Positions 36,713 to 46,801 of a DNA stretch of 64,000 nt are shown piece by piece (the first letter of the stretch is position 1; every line of letters begins with the position of its first letter). The stretch is taken from contig CAVQNG010000003.1 of NCBI GenBank assembly GCA_963713825.1, positions 1,312,001 through 1,376,000 on the forward strand, given 5' to 3'. The notes under the pieces are model-generated. The model was not told the origin of the DNA. It did no database searches and saw only the letters and a list, made by a program, of their open reading frames with translations. Made by a program: the position numbers and the translations under genes. This DNA is from an uncultured Acidobacteriota bacterium. Lineage in GTDB: Bacteria; Acidobacteriota; Thermoanaerobaculia; Multivoradales; JAHEKO01.

Positions 36713-38417
36713 GGCGTGACGAGGTGAGCTTCAGATCGGCATGCTGCCAGGCTTTGGCATAGAGCTGCGCTACTTCTTTGGCTTGCAGATTCTTGCCTTG
36801 TGCTTCGAGGCTCTGCTGCAGACCGATCAGGGCCCAGCCATTGTCAGGGTAGATCTCCAGATCCTCACGATAGACGCGCTCGGCCTCGGCTGGCCGGTTG
36901 GCCTGGAGCAGCACTGCACCCAGGTTGAGCCTCACAGGGGCGTGCCATGTCGGCGGCTCGTCATAGTTCAGCTTGCTCTCGAGCTCGACGCCTGCTTCCA
37001 AGTGTCTGATTCCAATCTCGAGGTCTCCCCTCGCTGTCGCCAACTCTCCCACCACCACCTCCTTGGCAATGGCCAGCAAGCTGGCCGCATCGTTCAGGTC
37101 CCACACGGTGATCGAGGCCAACGAAGGGTCCGCCAAGACCTTGGTGAGGCTTGCCAGTTCCCGAGCTGCGGCGTCGAGGTCTTGGGTGCGAATCAGTGCC
37201 ATTGCCCGGGCGTAGTGCCAGACTCCAATCGGGTAAATGAGATCCGGGTCGGGTGATGAAACTTGCAGGATCTCCTGCCACCGGCCGAAGCGAACCATGG
37301 CATACAGCGGCGTGATCCAGTAGTGCTGCACTGTCGAGTACCCAGGTTGGCGCATCTTGTCGGCATCCTGGCGCGAGGCCATTTCGCGCGCTGTTTCGAT
37401 GGCCAGTTGGCTGCGTCCCTCCAGGGAGGCGGCCGCCCACAGGAAGTGATGGTTGTGGGGCATGTACATGACGGGGTACATCCCCTGCCTCCGGCAAGCG
37501 GTGACGTACTCGTCGTCGGCTTCGATGGCCGCCAGATTGGCCTCGGAGGCGTCGTGATAGCGACCGACACGCAGGTAGATGTGCGAGGGCATATGAACCA
37601 GGTGACCGGCACCGGGAACCACCGCTCCCAGGCGGTCGGCGGCTTCGATTCCCCGCTCGGGGTACCAGACTTCGACAGCGTGGATCAGAAAGTGATTCGC
37701 GCCGGGATGGTTGGGAACCTCTTCGAGGACGGCATCCAGGGTGGCCAGGATCTCGACAGTCTCCGGCTTGGGATCGCCGTTCTCCAGCCAGTAATCCCAC
37801 GGGGTGGTGTCCATGAGGGCTTCCGCGTGCAGGGTAGCGGCATCGGTATCTGCAGGGAATCGTCGGGCGACATCACCCATGGCCTCGGCGTAGGCCCAAT
37901 CGAGATGAGAACGGTCCTCGGGAGCGTCGGCCGTGTAGCGCTTGCTGAGCGCCTCGATGAAAGCCTGCTCCTTCGGGCTGGCCCGATCCTTGTGCTCGAG
38001 AGCCTTTTGCAGGGCGTTCCAGGCCTCCGGTAGGTCACTGGCATCCATCATCGAGTTGATGTTGGGTCCCAGCACGTAGGAGAGACCCCAGTAGCAGGAG
38101 GCGCAATCGGGATCCAGCCGAATGGCTTCGCGGAACGAGCGCGCCGCTTCAGCGTGGTTGAAGCCATAGGCCAGCACCAAGCCCTGGTCGAAGAACCGCT
38201 GGACCATCGGGTTGTCGGTGGTGATCGGGTGATGGTGCTCACCCATTCCTTCCAGTAGTGGCGCCACCCGCTGCGAGTCATCGGCCGCCAGGAGCGCGAG
38301 TTGGCCTACGAGCAGGAGCACGAGAGCTGCGGTTGCCACCAAGAGTGGTCGCGCCGAAATACCGAGCGAGTTGCTCTCGGGAAGCGAAAACCCGGTTGGG
38401 ATTCTTCGATTCTGCAT
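36708..38417 (-). CDS. TPR-containing secreted protein
   Basis: 'FFDQGLVLAYGFNHAEA', 'HPGANHFLIHAVE', 'GHLVHMPSHIY', TPR helices. Start uncertain. Confidence 0.85.
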   Translation of the reverse strand: MQNRRIPTGFSLPESNSLGISARPLLVATAALVLLLVGQLALLAADDSQRVAPLLEGMGEHHHPITTDNPMVQRFFDQGLVLAYGFNHAEAARSFREAIRLDPDCASCYWGLSYVLGPNINSMMDASDLPEAWNALQKALEHKDRASPKEQAFIEALSKRYTADAPEDRSHLDWAYAEAMGDVARRFPADTDAATLHAEALMDTTPWDYWLENGDPKPETVEILATLDAVLEEVPNHPGANHFLIHAVEVWYPERGIEAADRLGAVVPGAGHLVHMPSHIYLRVGRYHDASEANLAAIEADDEYVTACRRQGMYPVMYMPHNHHFLWAAASLEGRSQLAIETAREMASRQDADKMRQPGYSTVQHYWITPLYAMVRFGRWQEILQVSSPDPDLIYPIGVWHYARAMALIRTQDLDAAARELASLTKVLADPSLASITVWDLNDAASLLAIAKEVVVGELATARGDLEIGIRHLEAGVELESKLNYDEPPTWHAPVRLNLGAVLLQANRPAEAERVYREDLEIYPDNGWALIGLQQSLEAQGKNLQAKEVAQLYAKAWQHADLKLTSSRL

Positions 38418-38608
38418 GGGTCGATCTCCTCCTTCGCCCCGCTGGCGCAACGCCGTCGGACTGGGTCCGACCGATTCGTCCGTGCCTCGACGAGGCCGGT
38501 CTTCCTTGCTCCTGGCAGGGACTGATTGCCCCAAGCGTATCGCGATTCAGGAGACGGTGTCAGGCGGAAGTCAGTGCCGCTGCTCGTGGTATCACGGTCT
38601 GTTGATTC

Positions 38609-38744
38609 GACCCACCCTCCTGGGCAGGAGTGATGCCCGCCTGCAAGGGTGTTGGGGCACTCGAGCGCTCCTGCTACAAACCATGGTGAAGGGGTGTCGG
38701 ATCCCCCTTCGGACTCGGACCGAAGTTCGGGGCCTGGGTTGGTC
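38609..38744 (+). ncRNA. Candidate structured leader RNA upstream of asnA
   Basis: Four helices around one junction, GCAA tetraloop, G-U pairs favouring the + strand. Matches no family I recognise. Confidence 0.4.
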
Positions 38745-38814
38745 TGTCATCTTGGCCTCGCCGTCAGTGATCCGCAACTATCCATCCTCGAAGACCACCG
38801 TAGGAGGATCGAGA

Positions 38815-39948
38815 ATGAGCGTCATGGACAAGAAAGCCGATCTGGCTGGCCCTGGAATCAGCACCTATGAAGAAGTGGAGAAGATTCTCCCGAATGACTA
38901 CGAGTCGTTGCTCACCCCCATGGAGACCATGGAGGCGGTCTACGCCGTCAAGCGGTACATCGAAGACAACCTGTGCAAAGAGCTCAACCTGACGATGGTG
39001 CAGGTACCGCTCATCGTCGATATCGAGAGCGGCGTCAACGACATGCTCGACCGGGACGGCTCGAGGACCCCGGTGGAGTTTCCGTGCGGTCTGGGACTGG
39101 AGAAGCCGATCACGGCTCAAGTCGTACAAGCGGCAACGAAATGGAAGCGGGTGGCCCTGAAGCAGTTCGGCTGCCAGGTCGGTGAGGGCATCAACACCGA
39201 CATGCACGCCGTGCGCAAGGACTACTTTCTGGATCATGACCACAGCGCCTACGTCGATCAGTGGGATTGGGAGCGTGTCATCTCGAGGGACCAGCGCAAT
39301 CTGGACTTTCTCACCGAGGTCGTGGCGAAGATCTGGAAGGTCCTCAAAGGCGCGGAGCTTCACGCCCAGGATCTCTTTCCGCAGCTCGTGGATGACAAGT
39401 ATCCGAGCCTGCCCGACGAGCTCACCTTCCTCCACGCCGAAGAGATTCTCGAGATGTACCCCGACCTGCCTCGCAAGGCGCGTGAGACGCGGATACTGCA
39501 GGACTATCCTGCGGTCTTCATCTACGGCATCGGCTGGCCGCTGGCGGATGGATACCCGCATGAAATGCGGGCTGCGGACTATGACGACTGGGTGACCGAG
39601 ACGACCTCGAAGAAGGGTGTCCCCATGCATGGTCTCAACGGCGACATTCTGGTTTGGAATCCCGTGACCCGCCGCCGGCACGAACTGACTTCCATGGGCA
39701 TTCGGGTCGATGCCGAGACCTTGAAGACGCAGCTGGAGATGAGCGACCTGCTCCACTACATGGAGTTTCCTTATCACCAGGCGATTCTCAAGGACGAGAT
39801 TCCTCTGTCCATCGGAGGCGGAATCGGTCAGTCCCGCACCTACATGCTCTTGCTCAAGAAGGCACACCTGGGCGAGGTGAGTGTCACCGTCTGGCCTCAG
39901 GAGCTCAAGGACATCTGCGCCAAGAAGAACATCTTCGTCCTCGAATGA
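38815..39948 (+). CDS. asnA: Aspartate--ammonia ligase (asparagine synthetase A)
   Basis: 'KWKR', 'HSAYVDQWDWE', 'RAADYDDW', 'LNGDILVW', 'SIGGGIGQSR'; RBS AGGAGG before ATG 38815. Confidence 0.95.
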   Translation: MSVMDKKADLAGPGISTYEEVEKILPNDYESLLTPMETMEAVYAVKRYIEDNLCKELNLTMVQVPLIVDIESGVNDMLDRDGSRTPVEFPCGLGLEKPITAQVVQAATKWKRVALKQFGCQVGEGINTDMHAVRKDYFLDHDHSAYVDQWDWERVISRDQRNLDFLTEVVAKIWKVLKGAELHAQDLFPQLVDDKYPSLPDELTFLHAEEILEMYPDLPRKARETRILQDYPAVFIYGIGWPLADGYPHEMRAADYDDWVTETTSKKGVPMHGLNGDILVWNPVTRRRHELTSMGIRVDAETLKTQLEMSDLLHYMEFPYHQAILKDEIPLSIGGGIGQSRTYMLLLKKAHLGEVSVTVWPQELKDICAKKNIFVLE

Positions 39949-39962
39949 GGATTGATAATCGT

Positions 39963-39991
39963 GGGGGCTTAGGGGCTTAGGGGCTTGGGGG
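39963..39991 (+). repeat. Tandem (TTAGGGGC)n octamer, G-quadruplex-capable
   Basis: GGGGG CTTA GGGG CTTA GGGG CTT GGGGG, overlapping the stop of the convergent hydrolase gene. Confidence 0.8.
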
Positions 39992-40829
39992 TGAGAGCTT
40001 CGGCAACGAGCCCCATGACCTCTGGCTCGGTGAGCAACCCCAGATGTCCGACGCCATTCAGGGTGACCTGTCGCGAGCCCTTCAGGTAGCAGGTTGCCAC
40101 CGGGTAGACGATCAGGTCCTGCTCGGTCGCTACGGTGGTGACCTCCGCACTGGGAGCGGAAGTCTGGAAGTCAGGGAGCTCCTTGATGAAGTCCGAATCG
40201 AGGCTCATCATCTCGTAGACGGGCCCAAAACGAATCCAGCTCAGCAGTCCGGTGCCGTGATGAGGCGACCCCAGGGTGACGATGCGGCCCACGTCGTCTG
40301 CTAGTGCCGGGTCGTCTGCTAGCACTTTCCTGGTGATCAGGCCGCCCATGGAGTGCGCGACGACATCGATCCCCTTACCTTTGAACTGCAGCTGTAGATC
40401 CCTCATGGCTCGGGTCAGGGACTTGGCGTAAACCCCGGCGCTGCGGTACGGCTCACCCAGAAACACCGAGCGAGTTGGTCGACCCCGGGCTTCCAGGTAG
40501 CGACGGATGCCCCACATGCAGCTGCCCGTCATGTGGAACCCATGGACGCAGAGCACCGGGGGCCCCGTTGTCTTGCCAGCCGGGGGCCGCAGACCGTTCT
40601 GGAACGGGTGCAGGAACAGCCACCAGAGGAGCACGACCGAGGCTCTCATGGTACGGAGGTAGAACCGTGGCCAGCCTTGTCCGTCCAGGGGAGGCGGCTC
40701 TTCACCGATTCGGTGGTAGAAGTGCGTCCACCGGAGGTGCGTGAAGGTAGTCCAGGAGAGGATCCAGCCCAGGACCGCCAGAGCAGCTAGGGGAGGGACC
40801 AGAAGTAGTAGGAGGGGGTTCATCGTCAA
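39969..40829 (-). CDS. Membrane-anchored alpha/beta hydrolase (lipase-like)
   Basis: 'VHGF', 'AHSMGG', 'LGSPHHG', 'GHLGLL'. Confidence 0.88.
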   Translation of the reverse strand: MTMNPLLLLLVPPLAALAVLGWILSWTTFTHLRWTHFYHRIGEEPPPLDGQGWPRFYLRTMRASVVLLWWLFLHPFQNGLRPPAGKTTGPPVLCVHGFHMTGSCMWGIRRYLEARGRPTRSVFLGEPYRSAGVYAKSLTRAMRDLQLQFKGKGIDVVAHSMGGLITRKVLADDPALADDVGRIVTLGSPHHGTGLLSWIRFGPVYEMMSLDSDFIKELPDFQTSAPSAEVTTVATEQDLIVYPVATCYLKGSRQVTLNGVGHLGLLTEPEVMGLVAEALTPKPLSP

Positions 40830-40859
40830 GGACTGATTCTATGAGAGTCGAGATCCAGC

Positions 40860-42773
40860 GTGGACCATGTACTATTCAGGAATCCACTGCCCGAAAGGAG
40901 TTGTGTCGTGGGACAAGAAGAATCGAGGCTCTCCAGGATTCTGCATAGCCTGCAGGCTACCTGGCCGCAGTTGGCGATCACCGACATTCTCTACAAGATC
41001 CTCGCCTTCGTGATTCTTACGCCCTTGACGGCTGTCTTGGTACGAATGGTAGTTGCGATGTCCGGGCGGACGGTGCTGGCGGACGAGGACCTGCTGTTTT
41101 TCTTCCTGCGGCCGGTTGGCTGGTTGAGTCTCATTCTCCTGGGCGGAATCACTCTGGCCATCATCGCGCTCGAGCAGGCGGCCCTGATGAGCATTGTCTT
41201 CGGCGAGAGAAAGGGCATGCAGGTGGACTTCTGGCGCGCTCTGGTGTTCGTGGCTGGGAGAGCGTGGTCCGTGCTGCAGGTCACGGCCTCGATCGTGGCA
41301 CGTGTGCTCTTGATTGCGGCGCCATTCCTGCTGGGAGCGGGCTTGACCTATAGGTTGCTACTCACCCGGCACGACATCAACTTCTATCTGGCAGAGAAAC
41401 CCCCTGAGTTCCTGTGGGCCATGGGCATCGCGGCCGTGCTGGTGGTGGTACTCGTCTTCCTTCTGGCCCGACGCTTGATCGGTTGGGCTTTCTCGCTTCC
41501 CCTGGTGATCTTCGGCGGAGTGCGACCGCAAGCGGCTCTCGAGGAGAGCCGCACCATGGTCAGTGGCAACCAAACGATGATCGCCAAGTGGTTGATTGGA
41601 TGGGCGGTCGCGGGCTTCGTCCTGTCAACCGTCCTGACCTGGATCGTCCTGGCGGTTGGCCGCGAGGTGATCCCGCGACTAACAGGAGCCCTGCCGCTCT
41701 TCGTCATCGCCCTGGGACTCATGCTCCTCGCATGGGGCCTGGTCAATCTCGTTGCGACCCTCGTTTCGGCTGCGGCGTTCGCGGTGCTGATCGTCGATCT
41801 CTACGAGACGATGGGAGGGGGCTCGACGGCTCTCGGCAAGGCTCAACAGGCTTCGAGCACAGAAGCTCGGATGAGGGCCCTGAGTCTCTCCCGCGGATTC
41901 GTCATTTCTCTGGCGGTGATGGCACTGATCGCTTCGGTCGGGTTTTCTTTCCTCCTCCTGAAGCAGGCGAGCATCGAGGATCAGGTCGAGGTTACGGCGC
42001 ACCGAGGTGCCGCGATGCACGCGCCCGAGAACACGATCGCCGCCGTTGAGGCGGCGCTCGCGGCGGGAACCGACTGGGTGGAGATCGATGTTCAGGAGAC
42101 TGCCGACGGCGAAGTCGTGGTCCTGCATGACAGCGATCTGAAGAAAGTCGGCGGCGTCGATCTCAAGATCTGGGACGCGACCTGGGAAGACCTCCAGGAG
42201 ATCGACGTCGGGAGCTTTTTCTCACCAGAGTTCAGCGACCAGAGAGTGCCGAAGCTGGCGCAGGTGCTGGAGCTCTGCCGGGGGAGAGCCGGAGTTGTCA
42301 TCGAGCTCAAGTACTACGGTCACCAGGACCGCCTCGAGGAGAGGGTCGCCGAGATCGTCGATGGATTGGGCATGGCGTCGACTATCAAAGTGATGTCCCT
42401 GAACTCCGATGGCCTAGACAGGATGAAAGCCGTGCGACCCGATTGGACGACCGGAATCCTGACGTCCGTGGTCGTTGGCGACCTGACCCGGATGGATGTG
42501 GATTTCCTGGCCGTCAACTCGGGAATGGCGACGCGTCGATTTGTGAAGGCTACCCACAACTCCGGCAAGAAGATCTTCGCCTGGACAGTGAATGACGTGC
42601 TGGGTATGTCGGCGATGATGGACCTCGGCGTCGACAGCATCATCACCGACGATCCGCAGCTGGCGCGGGACGTGCTGCAATACCGTGCCGACCTCAACCC
42701 GGTCGAGCGGTTGATGATCGGACTGGCGGTCTACTTCGGCGGGGTGAAGGAGACGTCCGAGGACAACGCCTGA
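40860..42773 (+). CDS. Glycerophosphodiester phosphodiesterase with N-terminal membrane domain
   Basis: 'AHRG...PENT', 'EIDV', 'HD', 'IELK', 'WTVN', 'IITD'. Confidence 0.92.
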   Translation: MDHVLFRNPLPERSCVVGQEESRLSRILHSLQATWPQLAITDILYKILAFVILTPLTAVLVRMVVAMSGRTVLADEDLLFFFLRPVGWLSLILLGGITLAIIALEQAALMSIVFGERKGMQVDFWRALVFVAGRAWSVLQVTASIVARVLLIAAPFLLGAGLTYRLLLTRHDINFYLAEKPPEFLWAMGIAAVLVVVLVFLLARRLIGWAFSLPLVIFGGVRPQAALEESRTMVSGNQTMIAKWLIGWAVAGFVLSTVLTWIVLAVGREVIPRLTGALPLFVIALGLMLLAWGLVNLVATLVSAAAFAVLIVDLYETMGGGSTALGKAQQASSTEARMRALSLSRGFVISLAVMALIASVGFSFLLLKQASIEDQVEVTAHRGAAMHAPENTIAAVEAALAAGTDWVEIDVQETADGEVVVLHDSDLKKVGGVDLKIWDATWEDLQEIDVGSFFSPEFSDQRVPKLAQVLELCRGRAGVVIELKYYGHQDRLEERVAEIVDGLGMASTIKVMSLNSDGLDRMKAVRPDWTTGILTSVVVGDLTRMDVDFLAVNSGMATRRFVKATHNSGKKIFAWTVNDVLGMSAMMDLGVDSIITDDPQLARDVLQYRADLNPVERLMIGLAVYFGGVKETSEDNA

Positions 42774-42860
42774 TCCGGCCCCGGGTAGCTCGCGGGCTGA
42801 GAAGGGTCTGGGCAGCGTCGCAGAAAGAACAGGAGTGAGGACGATGCGAGGTGAAGGACG

Positions 42861-43268
42861 ATGAACCAAAATCGAGAGGCGAAGTGTGCGATAGCCCTTG
42901 TTTGGGCAATCGGCGGTTTGGTGGCCGGGACAGCTCTTGCTGAGCTCGACCACAGCGGCTCGGAGATGCCTGCCGACTGCTGCTTCGAGAACACGGGGTA
43001 CACCGGTGTGTGTGTCGTGCAGCCGGCAGAGGGAGAGACTTGCGCCAGTATCCTGGACTATCTCAACAATCCGTCCAGTAGCGGCAAGAGCTACTGTGGA
43101 TTTACGGAGATTCGAGGTGGCTGGAAAGAAATCTCCTGTCAGGAGGAGACAACGAGCCCGCGATCTTCGGTTCCGACACGGATCCCGGATAGAGTAGGAC
43201 CTGGTCCATACTGGGACTCCCCGTCGGACCCGACTCACGAGGAGGCTGATCCAAAATGCTGGAATTGA
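42861..43268 (+). CDS. Small Cys-rich secreted hypothetical protein
   Basis: Signal peptide, then a compact six-Cys domain (CCF...C...C...YCG...GGW...C). Confidence 0.65.
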   Translation: MNQNREAKCAIALVWAIGGLVAGTALAELDHSGSEMPADCCFENTGYTGVCVVQPAEGETCASILDYLNNPSSSGKSYCGFTEIRGGWKEISCQEETTSPRSSVPTRIPDRVGPGPYWDSPSDPTHEEADPKCWN

Positions 43269-44002
43269 ACAGAAGCGCTCGAATCCCGTCTTCGACCTGT
43301 CGGTCATCGTGGCTTCTCACCACGGTAATGCTGGTCGTCATTGCACTTTCATTGGGCCTGGTGGGGACGGCAGACGCTCAGAGCAAGGAGCAGAAGGCCC
43401 GTCAGACGGTGGAGAAGTCGAGGCTCACGGTAGAGACCTTTCAGTCGGATGAGGTCTTCACGCGAAACTACGATGGATATCTCAAGACTGCGAAGGGTTT
43501 CCTGATCGTTCCTCAAATGGTGAAAGGCGCTTTCATCTTCGGTGGCTCTGGAGGGACAGGACTGCTGGTGGCGCGCAACGAGGAGGGAGGGTGGAGCCAA
43601 CCAGCTTTCTACACGATTGGAGGGGTGAGCTTTGGACTCCAGGCTGGGGGTCAGGCGTCGGAGACCCTGATCATCGTCACCAATGAGCGCGGTCTGAACC
43701 GGCTTCTGAACTCAGGAGCCAAGCTCGGTGCCGACATCAGCATGGCGGTGGGGCCGATCGGCGAGGGTGTTGGGACCGCCAACATCACAGCTGACCTGAT
43801 CGTCTTCACCCGGAACAAAGGACTGTATGGTGGCGCCTCTGTGGAGGGCTCTGTGGTGGATGTCCGACAGTCCTGGAATCGGGCCTACTTCGGCGAGGAC
43901 CTCCGGCCGTCAGACATTCTGGTCCAAGGCAAGGGCGAAAACCTTCACTCCATTCCTCTTCTGGAGGCGGTTGCCAAGCTGTCGGGTACCGCACCCGAAT
44001 AG
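43256..44002 (+). CDS. Lipid-binding SYLF (Ysc84) domain protein
   Basis: 'KGAFIFGGSGGTG', 'WSQPAF', 'SFGLQAG', 'KGLYGGASVEG'. Confidence 0.9.
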   Translation: MLELNRSARIPSSTCRSSWLLTTVMLVVIALSLGLVGTADAQSKEQKARQTVEKSRLTVETFQSDEVFTRNYDGYLKTAKGFLIVPQMVKGAFIFGGSGGTGLLVARNEEGGWSQPAFYTIGGVSFGLQAGGQASETLIIVTNERGLNRLLNSGAKLGADISMAVGPIGEGVGTANITADLIVFTRNKGLYGGASVEGSVVDVRQSWNRAYFGEDLRPSDILVQGKGENLHSIPLLEAVAKLSGTAPE

Positions 44003-44029
44003 AGCTCCTGCTCTGCCTCGATTCAGGAG

Positions 44030-45892
44030 TCAGTACTCCTGACTGAAGTCCAATAGGCCGAATTTGGTTGGCGTCATTGGGATCTCTGCTTTGACGAGTT
44101 GCCGCTGCGCGAGGAGGTAGCTCGCAATGACCAGCGAGGTGCATACGATGGCGAGAGTCAGGGCCGCTGGCGCCGAGTTGGTTGCCTGTCGTAGCAAGAC
44201 CTCCAGAGTTCCTCTCAAGACATCGGGTCTGGCGATACCGGTCGCGGCCATGCCGATCTGGCCGAGCATGAGAAGCATGGGCAGGCCGAGAAGGCAACCG
44301 AAGGTCACCTGACGGGTTCTGTCGCCCAAATTGGCCCGGAATGTCCTGAGAAAGACTCCCAGAAGTAGGAACCATGGAACGAGAACAAGGGTCATCAAGG
44401 CGAGGAACTGGTGCTGACCAGCTGCCGTGCCGAGGTTCGGGTAATCCTCTGTCAGCGTCAGACCTCCTCTTTTGAGCCCCACAAGACGGTTACCATCCAC
44501 TTCGAAGTAGCGCTCCTGAACCTCCTCCGGAGGAATCGATATCCCGTGAACGCTCTCGATTGCGCGACTGGTCAGGAGAGCTTCAAAGGCGGCTGAGCCT
44601 TCATCGGGAGTATTGAAGGGTGAGTAGAGAGCGGCCTTGCTGCCGCGGAACAAAGGAGAGCTCGAAGCAGGGTGATGCTCTCCCCATGGAGACGTCAGCT
44701 CGGGAACCTCTCCGTCCCAGGCGATCTCCAGGTTGGCATAGGGCACGCTGACCCAATAGTGCGGCATCTCGACACGGTATTGGACGGTCCTCGTGGGGTT
44801 TCCCAGGTGTCGCTGAACGAGCCATCCTCCCGCATACCCGAGAGTCAGACTGAAGATAGCCGGCAGGACTATCAAAGCGAAGAGGAGACGGCGTGAGACC
44901 GGCAGCGGGTCCAGCGCGGGCAGGCGAAAGGTGACTGGGGCGAAGAATGCGAGCAGCATGTAGACGGCCATGGCTGCGACCCAGAGTCGAACATTGGCTT
45001 CCGGGTACCAGGTCCGGAGCACCCCACTCATGAGAAATCCCAGGCCAGCGATGAATAGGATCGCGATCCATCCAGTCGCCGCCCCCCACGGGGGGGTGTG
45101 GAACAGGGTGCGGGCTATGAGCGATCGCGAAGTGAGGCGAGAGGGCACTCCGGTGGCAGGTTGTTGAGACTCCGAGCGTTGTGTCGGCACTTCTATGGTA
45201 CCCGTGGTGTTCTGGTCCGAGACCTCCAGCGGCCACAGACTGAACGTCTTCGGAAGGTCATGAAGGGTGCGGTAGCCAAGGATCATGCCTACTGCGGTCG
45301 CCACCGAGGCGATAGCCAAGGAGTGCTCTCCCAAGAACGCGGCGGAAGCCAGAATCCCGACAGCCGTAGTGAGGCTGATCAGGATCGCCCTTCGGCCGGT
45401 CGGTTTCTTCAGATCCGTGCGGTAGCTCTGCATCACCATGACCGCCAGGAACCAGATTGCCGCCAGCTGGGCGCAGAGGCCAACGAGTACATCCGTACCT
45501 GCCGAGAAGGCCGCGACGCTCGACAGGATCGTCAGGTGGACCGCCAGCACGCCAGCCGAGGCGACAATGATCAGGAATCCGGCCAGGAGTGTCGCAACGG
45601 AATGGACCGTCCACAGGTTCCTTGTCGACAAGGGTAGGGTCATGTCGATCTGGCGACAGCGGTCGCGAACCCCGGCCGCGAGCAGGTAGACGGCAAGGGC
45701 CAGACCCAGGACGAGAGTCAGCTCCCGGGTCGGAAAGACCGCGGATTCTTGACGTGCGTTCCGTAGGGCGATAACTCCCATCAAGACGTTGGTGTTCAGA
45801 GCCGTTACAACGATCCACAAAGGTGCCGAGCGCAGGGCCCTGTCGCGTCCGATCTGTGATAGCCAGAAGCCAACACCATGTGCAGTTCTCAT
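44030..45892 (-). CDS. Multi-TM membrane protein, probable ABC permease of the GntR-ABC operon
   Basis: Many hydrophobic segments; ATGA overlap with the upstream ATPase gene. Confidence 0.75.
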   Translation of the reverse strand: MRTAHGVGFWLSQIGRDRALRSAPLWIVVTALNTNVLMGVIALRNARQESAVFPTRELTLVLGLALAVYLLAAGVRDRCRQIDMTLPLSTRNLWTVHSVATLLAGFLIIVASAGVLAVHLTILSSVAAFSAGTDVLVGLCAQLAAIWFLAVMVMQSYRTDLKKPTGRRAILISLTTAVGILASAAFLGEHSLAIASVATAVGMILGYRTLHDLPKTFSLWPLEVSDQNTTGTIEVPTQRSESQQPATGVPSRLTSRSLIARTLFHTPPWGAATGWIAILFIAGLGFLMSGVLRTWYPEANVRLWVAAMAVYMLLAFFAPVTFRLPALDPLPVSRRLLFALIVLPAIFSLTLGYAGGWLVQRHLGNPTRTVQYRVEMPHYWVSVPYANLEIAWDGEVPELTSPWGEHHPASSSPLFRGSKAALYSPFNTPDEGSAAFEALLTSRAIESVHGISIPPEEVQERYFEVDGNRLVGLKRGGLTLTEDYPNLGTAAGQHQFLALMTLVLVPWFLLLGVFLRTFRANLGDRTRQVTFGCLLGLPMLLMLGQIGMAATGIARPDVLRGTLEVLLRQATNSAPAALTLAIVCTSLVIASYLLAQRQLVKAEIPMTPTKFGLLDFSQEY

Positions 45893-46782
45893 TGCTGTCC
45901 TCCTGCGAGCTCCACGAACATGTCTTCGAGGGCGATGCGATCGCAGAGACTGTCGGTGATCCCCAACTCAGCCTCCAAGAGTCGGACGGTCGACTCCGGC
46001 TCAAGGCTGAAGACGGCGTGCAGTGCATCACTGCGGTCCCGCACCCCCAGGCACCCCTCCAGGGAGACCAGCGTCGACCTGGAGGTACCACCGGTGTGTG
46101 GGACCAGGGCCAGCGAGTAATGCTCACGAAGCTCGTCCAGTTCGGAGTCAATGAGAACCCGGCCCTCATGGAGCATCACGATTCGGTCAGCCAGCCGTTC
46201 GACGTCGCTCATGTAGTGCGAAGAGAACAGGATCGTCGAGCCGGTCCGGTTGAGCAGCTGGATTGAAGTCTCGAGAAACTCGCGCCGTGAAGCCGGGTCG
46301 AGCCCGGCAGCTGGCTCGTCGAGCAGCAAGAGATCGGGCTTGTGGGACACCGCGCAGAGCAGCGCCACCTGGCGTGCCTGGCCCTTGCTGAGAGCCTTGA
46401 TCTTCTTCCGGGTGGGTATTCCGAAGCGGTCGATCAGATCTCGGGTGATGGCCTCGTCCCAGGTCGGAAACAGACCTCGATGCAGATCGAGCACCTCGTC
46501 GACCTTCAAGAACGGGGGCAGAATCTGGTCTTCAGAGACGAAGCCCACACGCCGCTTGACCTCCAGAGGCTCGCGGCGGGGATCCAGGCCGAAGAGACGC
46601 ACCGTCCCGTGCTGAGCTTCGAGCATCCCCATGGCGATGCGAAGTAGGGTGGTCTTGCCGGCGCCGTTCTTACCCACGAGGCCTACGACCCGGCCAGGCT
46701 CGATGTCGAACGTCACTCCGTTGAGGACGTCGGAACCCCGTTGGTAGGCGCGGTGGATGTTTTCGAAGTCGACGACGTTCAT
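45889..46782 (-). CDS. ABC transporter ATP-binding protein (YtrB-like)
   Basis: 'GKNGAGKTT', 'LSKGQ', 'LLLDEP', 'SSH'. Start at MNVVDF. Confidence 0.92.
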   Translation of the reverse strand: MNVVDFENIHRAYQRGSDVLNGVTFDIEPGRVVGLVGKNGAGKTTLLRIAMGMLEAQHGTVRLFGLDPRREPLEVKRRVGFVSEDQILPPFLKVDEVLDLHRGLFPTWDEAITRDLIDRFGIPTRKKIKALSKGQARQVALLCAVSHKPDLLLLDEPAAGLDPASRREFLETSIQLLNRTGSTILFSSHYMSDVERLADRIVMLHEGRVLIDSELDELREHYSLALVPHTGGTSRSTLVSLEGCLGVRDRSDALHAVFSLEPESTVRLLEAELGITDSLCDRIALEDMFVELAGGQQ

Positions 46783-46801
46783 GATGAATCCTCCACAGTC
46801 T

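Noticed and set aside
38371-38814. 148-aa N-terminal extension of AsnA
   Set aside because: It overlaps the divergent gene, has non-protein-like composition, and there is a clear AGGAGG RBS at the 38815 start.
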